Source of the DNA: Bacteroidota bacterium
GTDB lineage: Bacteria; Bacteroidota; Bacteroidia; Flavobacteriales_D; Crocinitomicaceae
Assembly: GCA_041158525.1 (NCBI GenBank)
Contig: JBEBBE010000024.1
Span: 986 to 64,985, forward strand
Direction: 5' to 3'
DNA: 64,000 bases
Shown here: positions 28,540 through 37,314 of the stretch, piece by piece
Layout: the number at the start of each line of letters is the position of its first letter
Numbering within the stretch: the first letter of the stretch is position 1
Program-made: the position numbers and the translations under genes
The notes under the pieces: generated by a model
Database searches by the model: none
What the model was told of the DNA's origin: nothing
What the model saw: the letters and a program-made list of their open reading frames with translations, nothing else

Positions 28540-29682
28540 ATGAAAATCAAATTACTCTCTACATTTTTATTTGCAGGTTTCGCCTTATTTGCTCAGCAAA
28601 ACGAAACCAAGAAAATTGTCAAAATTCAAGGCAATGACACCACCATCATCATGATCAATGGCCGCATCGAACAAATGGACTCCATGCTTACCGAAGAGAT
28701 GAAAAGTATTTATTTAAATGACTCCATGGTGACCCGTGTCGATGTATTCATGGACACAACAATCGTTCGCTCTTCTGTTGACGGATCTTCTGATACCACA
28801 CAAATCAAAATTGGCAATATGAAAATTGTCATTCTTGGTTCCAAGGATTTGACAGACCTGGATCTTAGCAAACTTGAGGAAATAGAGGGAGGTGAAAATC
28901 CTAAAGGTCAGCGTAAAATTATCATTGATGAAAGAGTGATCATTGAAAATAATGATGAAAGAATAGTTTTGAATGATGGTGATGAATCATACTCTTTTGA
29001 AAAAGGACCAGGTCATTGGAATTCCGATAACGATTGCGATGGCTGCGAAACTACCGGCGATGGCAATGCTATTTGGTCAGGTTTAGGCATCACTGCAAAT
29101 GGCTTTTTAAATGCTAGCAATCAAATCGCAACAGATTCAGAACTTGGGTTCTTGACACTAGACCCAGCTAAAAGTATTGGGATCCAGTTTAACTTTGCCG
29201 AAAAGCGCTTCCCAATTATCAAAGATTATCTCGGTGTAGTTACTGGTTTGGGTATCCAATGGAATCGTTATTCATTGAAAGGAAGCTATGATTTGGGTGT
29301 GGTAAACGATACCCTGATCGGAATCAATACAGGGGTCAATTACACTAAAAACGTTTTGAGCTCGTCTTACTTACAAGCACCTCTTTTATTGCAAATTAGC
29401 ACTAACAAAGATTCAAACAAGGCCTGGAATATTTCAGCCGGAGTTGTCGGTGGTATTCGTATAGATGCACGTCAAGAGCAGAAATGGGAAGCCGATGGTA
29501 AAAAGAACAAAGACAAAACTAAAGATGATTTTCAATTCAATCCATTCCAAGCAAGCCTTATGGCAACAGTAGGTTACGGAGATTGGAGTTTATACATGAC
29601 TTATGGCCTGACGGATGTCTTTAACGAAGGATCTGCCCCGAAGGTGCGTGGTGTGAATGCCGGAATTTTACTCTCGTTTTAA
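28540..29682 (+). CDS. Outer-membrane beta-barrel protein (porin-family-like) with an acidic N-terminal region
   Basis: Signal peptide MKIKLLSTFLFAGFALFAQQ. The C-terminal half alternates in a beta-strand pattern and ends GILLSF (terminal Phe). Confidence 0.7.
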   Translation: MKIKLLSTFLFAGFALFAQQNETKKIVKIQGNDTTIIMINGRIEQMDSMLTEEMKSIYLNDSMVTRVDVFMDTTIVRSSVDGSSDTTQIKIGNMKIVILGSKDLTDLDLSKLEEIEGGENPKGQRKIIIDERVIIENNDERIVLNDGDESYSFEKGPGHWNSDNDCDGCETTGDGNAIWSGLGITANGFLNASNQIATDSELGFLTLDPAKSIGIQFNFAEKRFPIIKDYLGVVTGLGIQWNRYSLKGSYDLGVVNDTLIGINTGVNYTKNVLSSSYLQAPLLLQISTNKDSNKAWNISAGVVGGIRIDARQEQKWEADGKKNKDKTKDDFQFNPFQASLMATVGYGDWSLYMTYGLTDVFNEGSAPKVRGVNAGILLSF

Positions 29683-29706
29683 ATTAGTCTCGCACCACCA
29701 ATTTTT

Positions 29707-29742
29707 GAAACGATGCGCCTAACCGTGCATCGTTTCTTTTTT
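29707..29742 (+). terminator. Rho-independent terminator for the OM beta-barrel gene, embedded in the 3' end of convergent miaE
   Basis: GAAACGATGC-(10 nt loop)-GCATCGTTTC, a 10-bp perfect stem followed by T6. It overlaps the last 8 miaE codons. Confidence 0.75.
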
Positions 29743-30309
29743 GCCGTAACTTTCCATTAGTTCGGCTTCAAAGCTCAAGAATTCTTTCCAAGCTTTGTCG
29801 ACATCTATGCCTTGGCCGTATTTTCTGGCGAAACCAAGAAAAGTCGTGTAATGTCGTGCTTCACTTTCCATGAGGCTTCTGTAAAACTCGCGCAAGTCAG
29901 CATCATTAATTTGCTCAGATAAAATTTTGAAACGCTCACAACTTCTGGCTTCAATCATGGCTGCAAAAAGCATTTTATTGACAAAAACGCCTGCAGGCGT
30001 GCTATTTGTTTTGCCATGCTTTAAATAGAGGGAAAGGTCATTGACATAAGGATCTTTGCGCTCAAAACCGAGTTGCAATCCTCTTTCTTGTAACTTTTGA
30101 TGCACCATTTCAAAGTGTTCCATTTCTTCTTTGCAGATGGCACTCATGGCGGCAACTAGGTCTGGGTACTGCGGATACTGAACAATCATGGAAATGGCAT
30201 TGCTTGCTGCTTTTTGCTCGCAGTAGGCGTGGTCCACTAAAATTTCTTCGATATTCTTTTCGACAATTTTCACCCAACGCGGGTCTGTTGCCATTTTCAA
30301 TCCCAACAT
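29719..30309 (-). CDS. miaE: tRNA-(ms2io6A)-hydroxylase MiaE
   Basis: Diiron-helix-bundle pattern DPRWVKIVEKNIEEILVDHAYCEQKAA...EEMEHFE...ARSCERF...ESEARH. I chose the ATG at 30309; an in-frame TTG lies at 30315. Confidence 0.85.
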   Translation of the reverse strand: MLGLKMATDPRWVKIVEKNIEEILVDHAYCEQKAASNAISMIVQYPQYPDLVAAMSAICKEEMEHFEMVHQKLQERGLQLGFERKDPYVNDLSLYLKHGKTNSTPAGVFVNKMLFAAMIEARSCERFKILSEQINDADLREFYRSLMESEARHYTTFLGFARKYGQGIDVDKAWKEFLSFEAELMESYGKKETMHG

Positions 30310-30324
30310 CTTCAATTTTTTTCA

Positions 30325-30332
30325 CAAAAATA
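30325..30332 (-). promoter_or_regulatory. Candidate -7 box (TATTTTTG) upstream of miaE
   Basis: TAnnTTTG on the minus strand, 15 nt before the ATG at 30309. Confidence 0.35.
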
Positions 30333-30379
30333 CCAAAGTCTTCAGTAATTGAAGCAGGCCTTCATCTAAGAGCATTGTG

Positions 30380-30387
30380 TATATTTG
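30380..30387 (+). promoter_or_regulatory. Candidate -7 box (TATATTTG) upstream of the fused E1 gene
   Basis: TAnnTTTG, 18 nt before the ATG at 30406. Confidence 0.35.
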
Positions 30388-30405
30388 CTCAACCGAATTG
30401 AAAAA

Positions 30406-32469
30406 ATGAGTCAATCAAAACAAAAAGATCTTTCGTGGCGCGCATTTGAACTCATGTGCACTGCCAAAACGATGGCTGAAAAATACGAGCAGCATAAAGA
30501 AGTAACTGCCAAATATGTTCATGCTACATCACGCGGGCACGAAGCCATTCAGTTAGCTGTTGGTATGCAGCTCAAAGCTCAAGACTGGGTCTCTCCTTAT
30601 TACCGCGACGACAGCTTGCTGCTCGGAATTGGCATGAAACCTGAAGAGCTCATGTTGCAAGTCTTTGCCAAAAAGGACGACCCCTTCTCTGGAGGGCGCA
30701 CCTATTACTCGCATCCTTCGTTGAACCGCCCAGATTTACCAAAAATACCGCACCAATCATCTGCAACTGGCATGCAAGCCATCCCAACTACTGGTGTGGC
30801 TATGGGTATTCAATACAAAGAAAAAACAGGCCTTGCCAACTGGAGTCCTGAAGATGCGCCTGTTGTTGTTTGTTCCTTAGGAGATGCATCTTGTACAGAA
30901 GGTGAAGTTTCTGAGGCTTTTCAGATGGCTGCACTCAAGCAGTTTCCGATCATTTATTTAGTGCAAGATAACGGCTGGGACATCTCTGCAAACGCAAAAG
31001 AAACAAGAGCTCAAGATATCTCTGAATATATCAAAGGTTTCCATGGTATTGAGGCGCGCACCATTGACGGCACCGATTTCTGGGCTTGTTACCAAACTGT
31101 AGAAGAAGTAATTAACTTGGTTAGAAATGAGCGCCGTCCATTTCTGATCCATGCCAAAGTTCCTTTACTTGGTCACCACACTTCAGGTGTTCGCAAAGAG
31201 TGGTACCGCGACGACCTCGAAGAAGCGGCAAAAGCTGACCCTTACCCGAAATTAAGAACTGCACTCGAACAGCAAGAGGTGCGTTTGGCTGAGTTTATCA
31301 ATCTAGAAGCCAAAGTCAGAAAAGAAATCGATGCTGCTTACGAGCAAGCACTTCAAGCTCCAGATCCTGACCCTTCAAGCATTCAAGATCATATTTTTGC
31401 GCCAACTACCGTTACTGAAGAAGTAGGGGAGCGCGCCCCACAAGGAAAGAAGAAAACCGTCATGGTAGATTCAGCCTTGTTTGCCATGCGTGAAATCATG
31501 GAAAAGCACCCAGAAGCGTTGCTCTATGGTCAAGATGTTGGTGGCCGTTTGGGTGGGGTTTTTCGCGAGGCAGCAACCTTGGCTCAAACTTTTGGCGACA
31601 ACCGCGTTTTTAACACACCAATTCAAGAAGCGTTTATCATTGGCTCAACTGTTGGGATGTCAGCGGTTGGTTTAAAGCCTATTGTTGAGGTTCAATTTGC
31701 TGACTACATCTGGCCAGGTCTCAATCAACTCTTCACAGAAGTTTCAAGATCCAATTATCTTTCAAATGGTAAATGGCCAGTATCATGCGTTATTCGCGTG
31801 CCAATAGGCGCCTATGGTTCAGGCGGCCCTTACCATTCATCGAGTGTAGAATCTGTTTTAGCAAATATCCGTGGCATCAAGGTAGTTTATCCATCTACCG
31901 GTGCCGATCTCAAGGGCTTGCTCAAAGCTGCTTACTATGACCCAAATCCGGTGGTTATTCTAGAACACAAAGGTTTGTATTGGTCCAAAATTCCGGGCAC
32001 AGAAGGTGCCATGAGCACAGAGCCTAGTGCTGACTACATCGTTCCAATAGGTAAAGCTAGAATTGTACAAGAAGCTAATGCAGCTCATCTTTCAAAAGGC
32101 ACTTCAATTGGTATTATTACCTATGGCCGCGGCGTTTATTGGTCGGCTGAAGCAGCTGCCGCTTTTGATGGGCAAGTTGAAATTCTCGACCTCAGAAGCA
32201 TTAATCCGCTTGACATGGATGCTATGACTGCACTTTGCGAACGTCACAGCAAGATTTTATTGGTCACTGAAGAATCAATCGAAAATACTTTTACCCTTGG
32301 CCTTGCAGGACGCTTGCAAAGACTTTGCTTTAAAAATCTCGATGCGCCAATTGAAATTGTTGCTTCGGTTGACGCGCCTGCTATCCCTTTAAATTCAGAT
32401 CTTGAGGCTGCTATGTTGCCCAACGCCAATAAAGTCAAAGTTGCCATAGAGAAACTACTCAATTATTAA
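30406..32469 (+). CDS. Fused alpha/beta E1 component of a 2-oxoacid (branched-chain/pyruvate-type) dehydrogenase, TPP-dependent
   Basis: The N-terminal half resembles E1-alpha (GDASCTEGEVSEAFQMAA, TPP-binding region). The C-terminal half resembles E1-beta (FNTPIQEAFIIGSTVGMSAVGLKPIVEVQFADYI). Confidence 0.85.
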   Translation: MSQSKQKDLSWRAFELMCTAKTMAEKYEQHKEVTAKYVHATSRGHEAIQLAVGMQLKAQDWVSPYYRDDSLLLGIGMKPEELMLQVFAKKDDPFSGGRTYYSHPSLNRPDLPKIPHQSSATGMQAIPTTGVAMGIQYKEKTGLANWSPEDAPVVVCSLGDASCTEGEVSEAFQMAALKQFPIIYLVQDNGWDISANAKETRAQDISEYIKGFHGIEARTIDGTDFWACYQTVEEVINLVRNERRPFLIHAKVPLLGHHTSGVRKEWYRDDLEEAAKADPYPKLRTALEQQEVRLAEFINLEAKVRKEIDAAYEQALQAPDPDPSSIQDHIFAPTTVTEEVGERAPQGKKKTVMVDSALFAMREIMEKHPEALLYGQDVGGRLGGVFREAATLAQTFGDNRVFNTPIQEAFIIGSTVGMSAVGLKPIVEVQFADYIWPGLNQLFTEVSRSNYLSNGKWPVSCVIRVPIGAYGSGGPYHSSSVESVLANIRGIKVVYPSTGADLKGLLKAAYYDPNPVVILEHKGLYWSKIPGTEGAMSTEPSADYIVPIGKARIVQEANAAHLSKGTSIGIITYGRGVYWSAEAAAAFDGQVEILDLRSINPLDMDAMTALCERHSKILLVTEESIENTFTLGLAGRLQRLCFKNLDAPIEIVASVDAPAIPLNSDLEAAMLPNANKVKVAIEKLLNY

Positions 32470-32471
32470 TT

Positions 32472-32864
32472 ATGGAATTCAAAAATATCATCTCCGATGT
32501 AGCAAGTTTTCACGACGCATTTGGCATCGAGAATAACCAACAACCAACGGCTCAATTAAGCGCTGCTGACGTTCAGTTGCGTTTTAACCTCATGAAGGAA
32601 GAAAACGAAGAATATCTTGAGGCAGCACAAAATGGAGATTTAGTTGAAATTGCTGATGCACTCGGAGATCAGCTATATATTCTTTGCGGCACCATTTTAC
32701 GACACGGTCTTCAACATAAAATTGAAGAGGTATTTGCGGAAATTCAACGTTCTAACATGAGTAAGCTTGATGAAAATGGAAAGCCAATCTATCGTGAAGA
32801 TGGTAAAGTGCTTAAATCTGAACTTTACTTCAAACCGGATATCGCAAAAATTTTAGCGCAATGA
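32472..32864 (+). CDS. MazG-like nucleoside triphosphate pyrophosphohydrolase family protein
   Basis: 130 aa all-helical protein with EExxE/D metal motifs (MKEENEEYLEA, EIADALGDQLYIL). Confidence 0.65.
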   Translation: MEFKNIISDVASFHDAFGIENNQQPTAQLSAADVQLRFNLMKEENEEYLEAAQNGDLVEIADALGDQLYILCGTILRHGLQHKIEEVFAEIQRSNMSKLDENGKPIYREDGKVLKSELYFKPDIAKILAQ

Positions 32865-34003
32865 AAGATCTATCTATATACTTTCAGCCCATAACAACAG
32901 CTGTTCCATTTAATGAATCACAGCTCGGAAGCTATATTGATGCCAACAACGGAGAATTTCCTGAATTGAATGAGCCCGGCTGTGCAATTTTTGAGGTACC
33001 AGAGTACCGCGGATCGGTAGTTGGTTTTGGTATTCAAAACACGGATTTCAGGGAGCATTTGTATGCGCTGCACCCTGAAACTAGTTGGGATAAAAAAATA
33101 TATGATCTTGGCACCATTTTACCAGGTGCTACCATTGAAGACACCTATTTTGCCGTGGCAAGTGTGGTTGCTGAGTTGGTTAAAAATAATATTATTCCAA
33201 TCGTAATAGGAGGCAGTCAGGACCTCACTATGGCTTTGTATTTGGGCTATGAACAACTAGAACAATTAGTCAATACCTGTTCTATTGACAGTCGGCTCGA
33301 TATAGGTGAGCCAGAGTCCGCGCTAGATTCATCTAATTTCCTGAGTCATATTGTTACGCGAAGACCTTGTTACTTGTTCAATCATGCTGCGGTGGGTTTT
33401 CAGCAACCTTTTGCAGGCGCTGCTGCACATGAGCTTTTTGAAAAGTTATTCTTTGATATTTGTCGTTTAGGCGAATTCAATCAGGACTTCCGTAAGGCTG
33501 AGCCACATCTCAGAAATGCTGATATCATCAGCGTTGATCTTCAAGCAATCAAAGCTGCCGATTTAGGCGCTTCAGTTGGAGCTCCAAACGGATTTACAGC
33601 TGCCCAATTCTGTCAAATTACTAAGTATGCGGGCATCTCCGATAAAGTAACGAGTATCGGATTTTTTAATGAACAGCATTTACAACCAATTGGCACTGCC
33701 TTGTTAGCTGAAGGTATTTGGTATTTTTTACAAGGTTACTTTGCTCGGGTAGCCGATTTCCCATTTGGTTCAAAAGTAGATTACACCAAGTTCAGTGTGT
33801 TTATGGAAGAGGTAAATAGAACCCTCATTTTCTATAAAAGTAATAAGTCAGCGCGTTGGTGGATGGAAGTGCCGTATCCGCCGCAAAGTGGCTCCAAATA
33901 CGAGCGTCACCACATGGTTCCTTGCGATAAACAAGATTATGAGGCTGCTATGAAAAATGAATTACCGGACCTCTGGTGGAAGACTTATCAGAAATTAGGA
34001 TGA
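32861..34003 (+). CDS. Arginase/formimidoylglutamase-fold protein with degenerate metal-ligand motifs
   Basis: Ureohydrolase-like motif spacing (GGSQD at aa 117-121, DSRLD at 143-147, SVDLQ at 224-228), with several canonical His/Asp ligands substituted. ATGA overlap with the upstream gene. Confidence 0.6.
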   Translation: MKDLSIYFQPITTAVPFNESQLGSYIDANNGEFPELNEPGCAIFEVPEYRGSVVGFGIQNTDFREHLYALHPETSWDKKIYDLGTILPGATIEDTYFAVASVVAELVKNNIIPIVIGGSQDLTMALYLGYEQLEQLVNTCSIDSRLDIGEPESALDSSNFLSHIVTRRPCYLFNHAAVGFQQPFAGAAAHELFEKLFFDICRLGEFNQDFRKAEPHLRNADIISVDLQAIKAADLGASVGAPNGFTAAQFCQITKYAGISDKVTSIGFFNEQHLQPIGTALLAEGIWYFLQGYFARVADFPFGSKVDYTKFSVFMEEVNRTLIFYKSNKSARWWMEVPYPPQSGSKYERHHMVPCDKQDYEAAMKNELPDLWWKTYQKLG

Positions 34004-34115
34004 CTCTTTTTACAAGAAAAAGCTTTTTATTTTCCGCAATAATTCCTTACTTTAGCACCTTAAACTGTCGTATTCTATGAAAATACGATCGTTACTTACT
34101 TGCTAAACCAAGCTT

Positions 34116-35078
34116 ATGCTATTGAATAACAGACTATTAACTGCTGCTTTTTCCATTTTGCTATTTGCATCTTACGCACAGCAAGATAAGCTTGTCACAC
34201 ACTTCATGTTTGACAAAATGAGCATCAACCCTGGTAAAACAGGTATTGACATGTACAACGGTTTCTGTGCTACCTCAATTTATCGCAACCAATGGGATAA
34301 AGTGAACGGTGCTCCTAACTCTGCTGTTTTAAATGTTGAAGGAAATCTTACAAGATTTTTTCCGGGTGGTATCGGTGTGAACTTTTACCATGACGCGATC
34401 GGTTTTTCCACTCAAAACACCATGTTGGTCAATTACTCTTACCCAGTTCAGATTGGTAGAGCGGGTGTCTTGGGTATTGGTGTCGGAATAGGTTTCATGA
34501 ATTACGGTATTAATCCTGTATGGGTAACACCAAATGGTTTGCCTGCAGCTCAAGATCCATCAATTCCATCTGGCTTTTCAGCAACTTCTGTAGATGCCAA
34601 TTTCGGTTTATATTTCCAAGCTAAAAATTATTACGCTGGTTTTTCCACTACTCACTTATCTGAATCAGATTTAAGCGTAGACCCGAACAACCTCGCACTT
34701 TCATTTCAAACCGCACGTCACTACTATCTAATGGGTGGTTATATCGTAAAAGACGCTTTTGGAACTGGAAACAATATTGATATCCAAACTTTGGTTCGTA
34801 CAGATTTAATTCGATATTCAATGGATCTCAATGCGCGTTACATGATGGAACTCGGTGGAAATCCAGCTTATGGTGGGCTTACCTTCAGAACCTCTGATGC
34901 AATTGCTCTTATGGCCGGTTATTCGCCAATGGCAAACTTCCAAGTAGGATATTCTTATGACATCAACATAAATAAACTAGCAAGCATCTCAAGAGGATCT
35001 CACGAGATGTTTGTTAAATATTGTTATTTCTTGCCGCCGCCACCAAAAACGAAAGCAAGACACCCTCGTTGGTTATAG
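34116..35078 (+). CDS. porP: Type IX secretion system membrane protein, PorP/SprF family
   Basis: Signal peptide, then FMFDKMSINPGKTG near the N-terminus and RGSHEMFVKYCY near the C-terminus, as in the PorP/SprF family. Its position immediately upstream of gldKLMN matches the porPKLMN arrangement. Confidence 0.85.
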   Translation: MLLNNRLLTAAFSILLFASYAQQDKLVTHFMFDKMSINPGKTGIDMYNGFCATSIYRNQWDKVNGAPNSAVLNVEGNLTRFFPGGIGVNFYHDAIGFSTQNTMLVNYSYPVQIGRAGVLGIGVGIGFMNYGINPVWVTPNGLPAAQDPSIPSGFSATSVDANFGLYFQAKNYYAGFSTTHLSESDLSVDPNNLALSFQTARHYYLMGGYIVKDAFGTGNNIDIQTLVRTDLIRYSMDLNARYMMELGGNPAYGGLTFRTSDAIALMAGYSPMANFQVGYSYDININKLASISRGSHEMFVKYCYFLPPPPKTKARHPRWL

Positions 35079-35178
35079 GAGGAAAAAAGTGTAACCATTT
35101 TTATTGTTCTTACGTTATACCCGACATTATACCTGTAGCAAGTTAAATTGGGATTAGGTCAGAACCAAAAACAAACGA

Positions 35179-37263
35179 ATGAAAAAATTATTTAGTTTTC
35201 TATTTGTTCTTAGCTTCTTGTACGCTTGTAGCGACATTGAAGGTAATTTAGTAGGTGTGAGTGGTAGAGACACCTGGTATCCGGACGTATTAGGCCCTGG
35301 CAAAATGCCGCAGGGAATGGTTTATGTTCCATCAGGGGCATACCAAGCAGGAGAAGATGATGAAGACATCATGGGCTTCCACACTGCGCGCAAGCGTACT
35401 GTGTCTGTTCCTGCCTTTTACATGGACGCAACTGAAATTTCGAACAACGAGTACCGCCAATTTGTACATTGGGTGCGCGATTCCATCGCTCGTGAAAAAC
35501 TTTATCGCCGCAGTGCAGGTGAAGAAGCTGAGCGCTGGGTCAATGTTCCAGACAACTTCTTCAGAGAGCCTTATCGTTCTTTGGTGAATGCTGGTTCAGA
35601 TGTTCAAGGAGGTAACACGCCTTTCCAACTTTTCATGGATTCTGCCAACAACGCAAACGTTGACCTTACTATCCTTGCGCTCATGGGTGAAATGGACGGT
35701 ACAAAAGGAAATACTAAAGCCAAAGTTAAACCGAAAGAATTGGTCAATGGCCAAACTTTTGATTTCAAAGCCAGAAATGCTGATACTGAAAAAAGTGTTG
35801 TCATCACTGACGACGAACTTGCAGGTATCTTTGCCATGTATGCCTTCAAAGGTGACAAGAAAAAAGGTGGAGAAGCCGATAAAAAAGACGAAAAGTCGGC
35901 TAGCAGCAAGGTAAAATATACGCAAGGTGGTCGTATCGACAACCGTAAATATTTTACACTCAATTGGTTAGAAGAAATCGACTACGAAGACCCAGAAGTA
36001 GCATTCATGCTTTCTGACATGTACTTAAGCGAGGCAGAGCGTTTTTATAACCGCCGAGAAATTGATACGCGCTTGTTGTATTTTGACTATTATTGGATTG
36101 ACTACAAAGAAGCAGCGCGCAGAGGTAAAATTAACCCTGTACCTGAATCAAGAAAAGCAGGTGTGGCTTATGACGTAGATGGTGATCCAGATTTAGCTAA
36201 ACGTAGCCCTAGAGAGCCAGTTGGTAAAGATCAAAAAACCATTGACAACCACCGCGCTACGCTCATGACCATGGATCAAAACACCAGCAAAGTCTGGGTT
36301 GACGAAACCACAGGTAAAGTAGTACCACAAGACGAAAACGGACAGCCAATCGTCGATGAAAACGGAAAAGTAGAGAATACAAGCCTTAATAACGTAAATA
36401 GTTATGAAGGAACTATTTTACAAAACCCTGGGCAAGATCTCGATATGGGTTTTGCAAACAGCAAAGGTTCTCACAACGCTATTCGTGGGCACTCTGATCG
36501 TTCGCGTTTCATCATCAAAGAAAGAATACACGTTTATCCAGATACACTTTGTTGGGTAAGAGACTTTACTTATTCAAATAACTCTCCAATGGCTCAGAAT
36601 TATTTCTGGAACACAGCCTATGACAACTACCCAGTTGTCGGAGTTACCTGGACTCAAGCGAAAGCGTTCTCAGTTTGGAGAACTCAAATCTTCCATTCTT
36701 GGTTGCAGTCTAACGGTGACCTTTTTGTAAACGATTTCCGTTTACCTACAGAATCTGAGTGGGAACGCGGTGCAAGAGGTGACCTCGACATGGCGCAATA
36801 CCCTTGGGGTGGGCCATACATCCGTAACGAAAACGGTTGTTTCTTGGCTAACTTTAAACCAATGCGTGGACGTTACTTTGAAGATGGTGGTTTCTACACT
36901 GTTAAAGTATATTCTTATAATCCGAACGGATTCGGTTTATTCTGTATGGCCGGAAACGTTGCTGAATGGTGTTCTACTGCCTATGACGAGTCTACTTATG
37001 AGTTCGCTCATGACTTAGCACAAGACTTCGAGTACGATGCTAAAGATGGTGATGCACCAGCTAAGAAAAGAAAAGTCATTCGTGGTGGATCTTGGAAAGA
37101 TATCGGATACTACTTAATGAATGCAACTAGAACTTATGAATTCCAAGATACAGCCAAAAGCTATATCGGATTCCGTAACACGATGACTCACCTCGGACGC
37201 GGTGGTAAAGACATCGAGCAAGAGAACGGAGAGGAGATTCAAACAGATATTATCCTAAACTAA
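35179..37263 (+). CDS. gldK: T9SS/gliding lipoprotein GldK (PorK), unusually long
   Basis: Lipobox MKKLFSFLFVLSFLYAC, and FGE-sulfatase/SUMF1-type motifs (RTVSVPAFYMDATEISNNEYRQFV, VYPDTLCWVRDF, YPVVGVTWTQAKAF, RLPTESEWE, RGGSWKD). It is 694 aa, against roughly 460-480 aa as I recall for characterised orthologues. Confidence 0.92.
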   Translation: MKKLFSFLFVLSFLYACSDIEGNLVGVSGRDTWYPDVLGPGKMPQGMVYVPSGAYQAGEDDEDIMGFHTARKRTVSVPAFYMDATEISNNEYRQFVHWVRDSIAREKLYRRSAGEEAERWVNVPDNFFREPYRSLVNAGSDVQGGNTPFQLFMDSANNANVDLTILALMGEMDGTKGNTKAKVKPKELVNGQTFDFKARNADTEKSVVITDDELAGIFAMYAFKGDKKKGGEADKKDEKSASSKVKYTQGGRIDNRKYFTLNWLEEIDYEDPEVAFMLSDMYLSEAERFYNRREIDTRLLYFDYYWIDYKEAARRGKINPVPESRKAGVAYDVDGDPDLAKRSPREPVGKDQKTIDNHRATLMTMDQNTSKVWVDETTGKVVPQDENGQPIVDENGKVENTSLNNVNSYEGTILQNPGQDLDMGFANSKGSHNAIRGHSDRSRFIIKERIHVYPDTLCWVRDFTYSNNSPMAQNYFWNTAYDNYPVVGVTWTQAKAFSVWRTQIFHSWLQSNGDLFVNDFRLPTESEWERGARGDLDMAQYPWGGPYIRNENGCFLANFKPMRGRYFEDGGFYTVKVYSYNPNGFGLFCMAGNVAEWCSTAYDESTYEFAHDLAQDFEYDAKDGDAPAKKRKVIRGGSWKDIGYYLMNATRTYEFQDTAKSYIGFRNTMTHLGRGGKDIEQENGEEIQTDIILN

Positions 37264-37314
37264 ACAACTATAAACAACTAACAATTTAATTTCTAATTCT
37301 AAAAAACAAAAATT

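Noticed and set aside
34069-34087. Hairpin CGTATT-N7-AATACG containing a 9-codon uORF (MKIRSLLTC) upstream of porP
   Set aside because: The stem is a weak 6 bp with no U-run and no recognisable attenuator logic. It could be regulatory, but the sequence alone does not support a claim.
35588-35963. Cluster of 108-119-aa ORFs in alternative frames and on the antisense strand inside gldK
   Set aside because: They coincide with the A/G-rich, K/D/E-coding low-complexity insertion, where stop codons are rare in several frames. They have no start context or independent signals.
37261-37280. Exact tandem duplication TAAACAACTA-TAAACAACTA at the gldK stop / gldK-gldL spacer
   Set aside because: Only two copies of a short A-rich unit. 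A-rich spacers upstream of start codons are normal in Bacteroidota, and there is no evidence of function.
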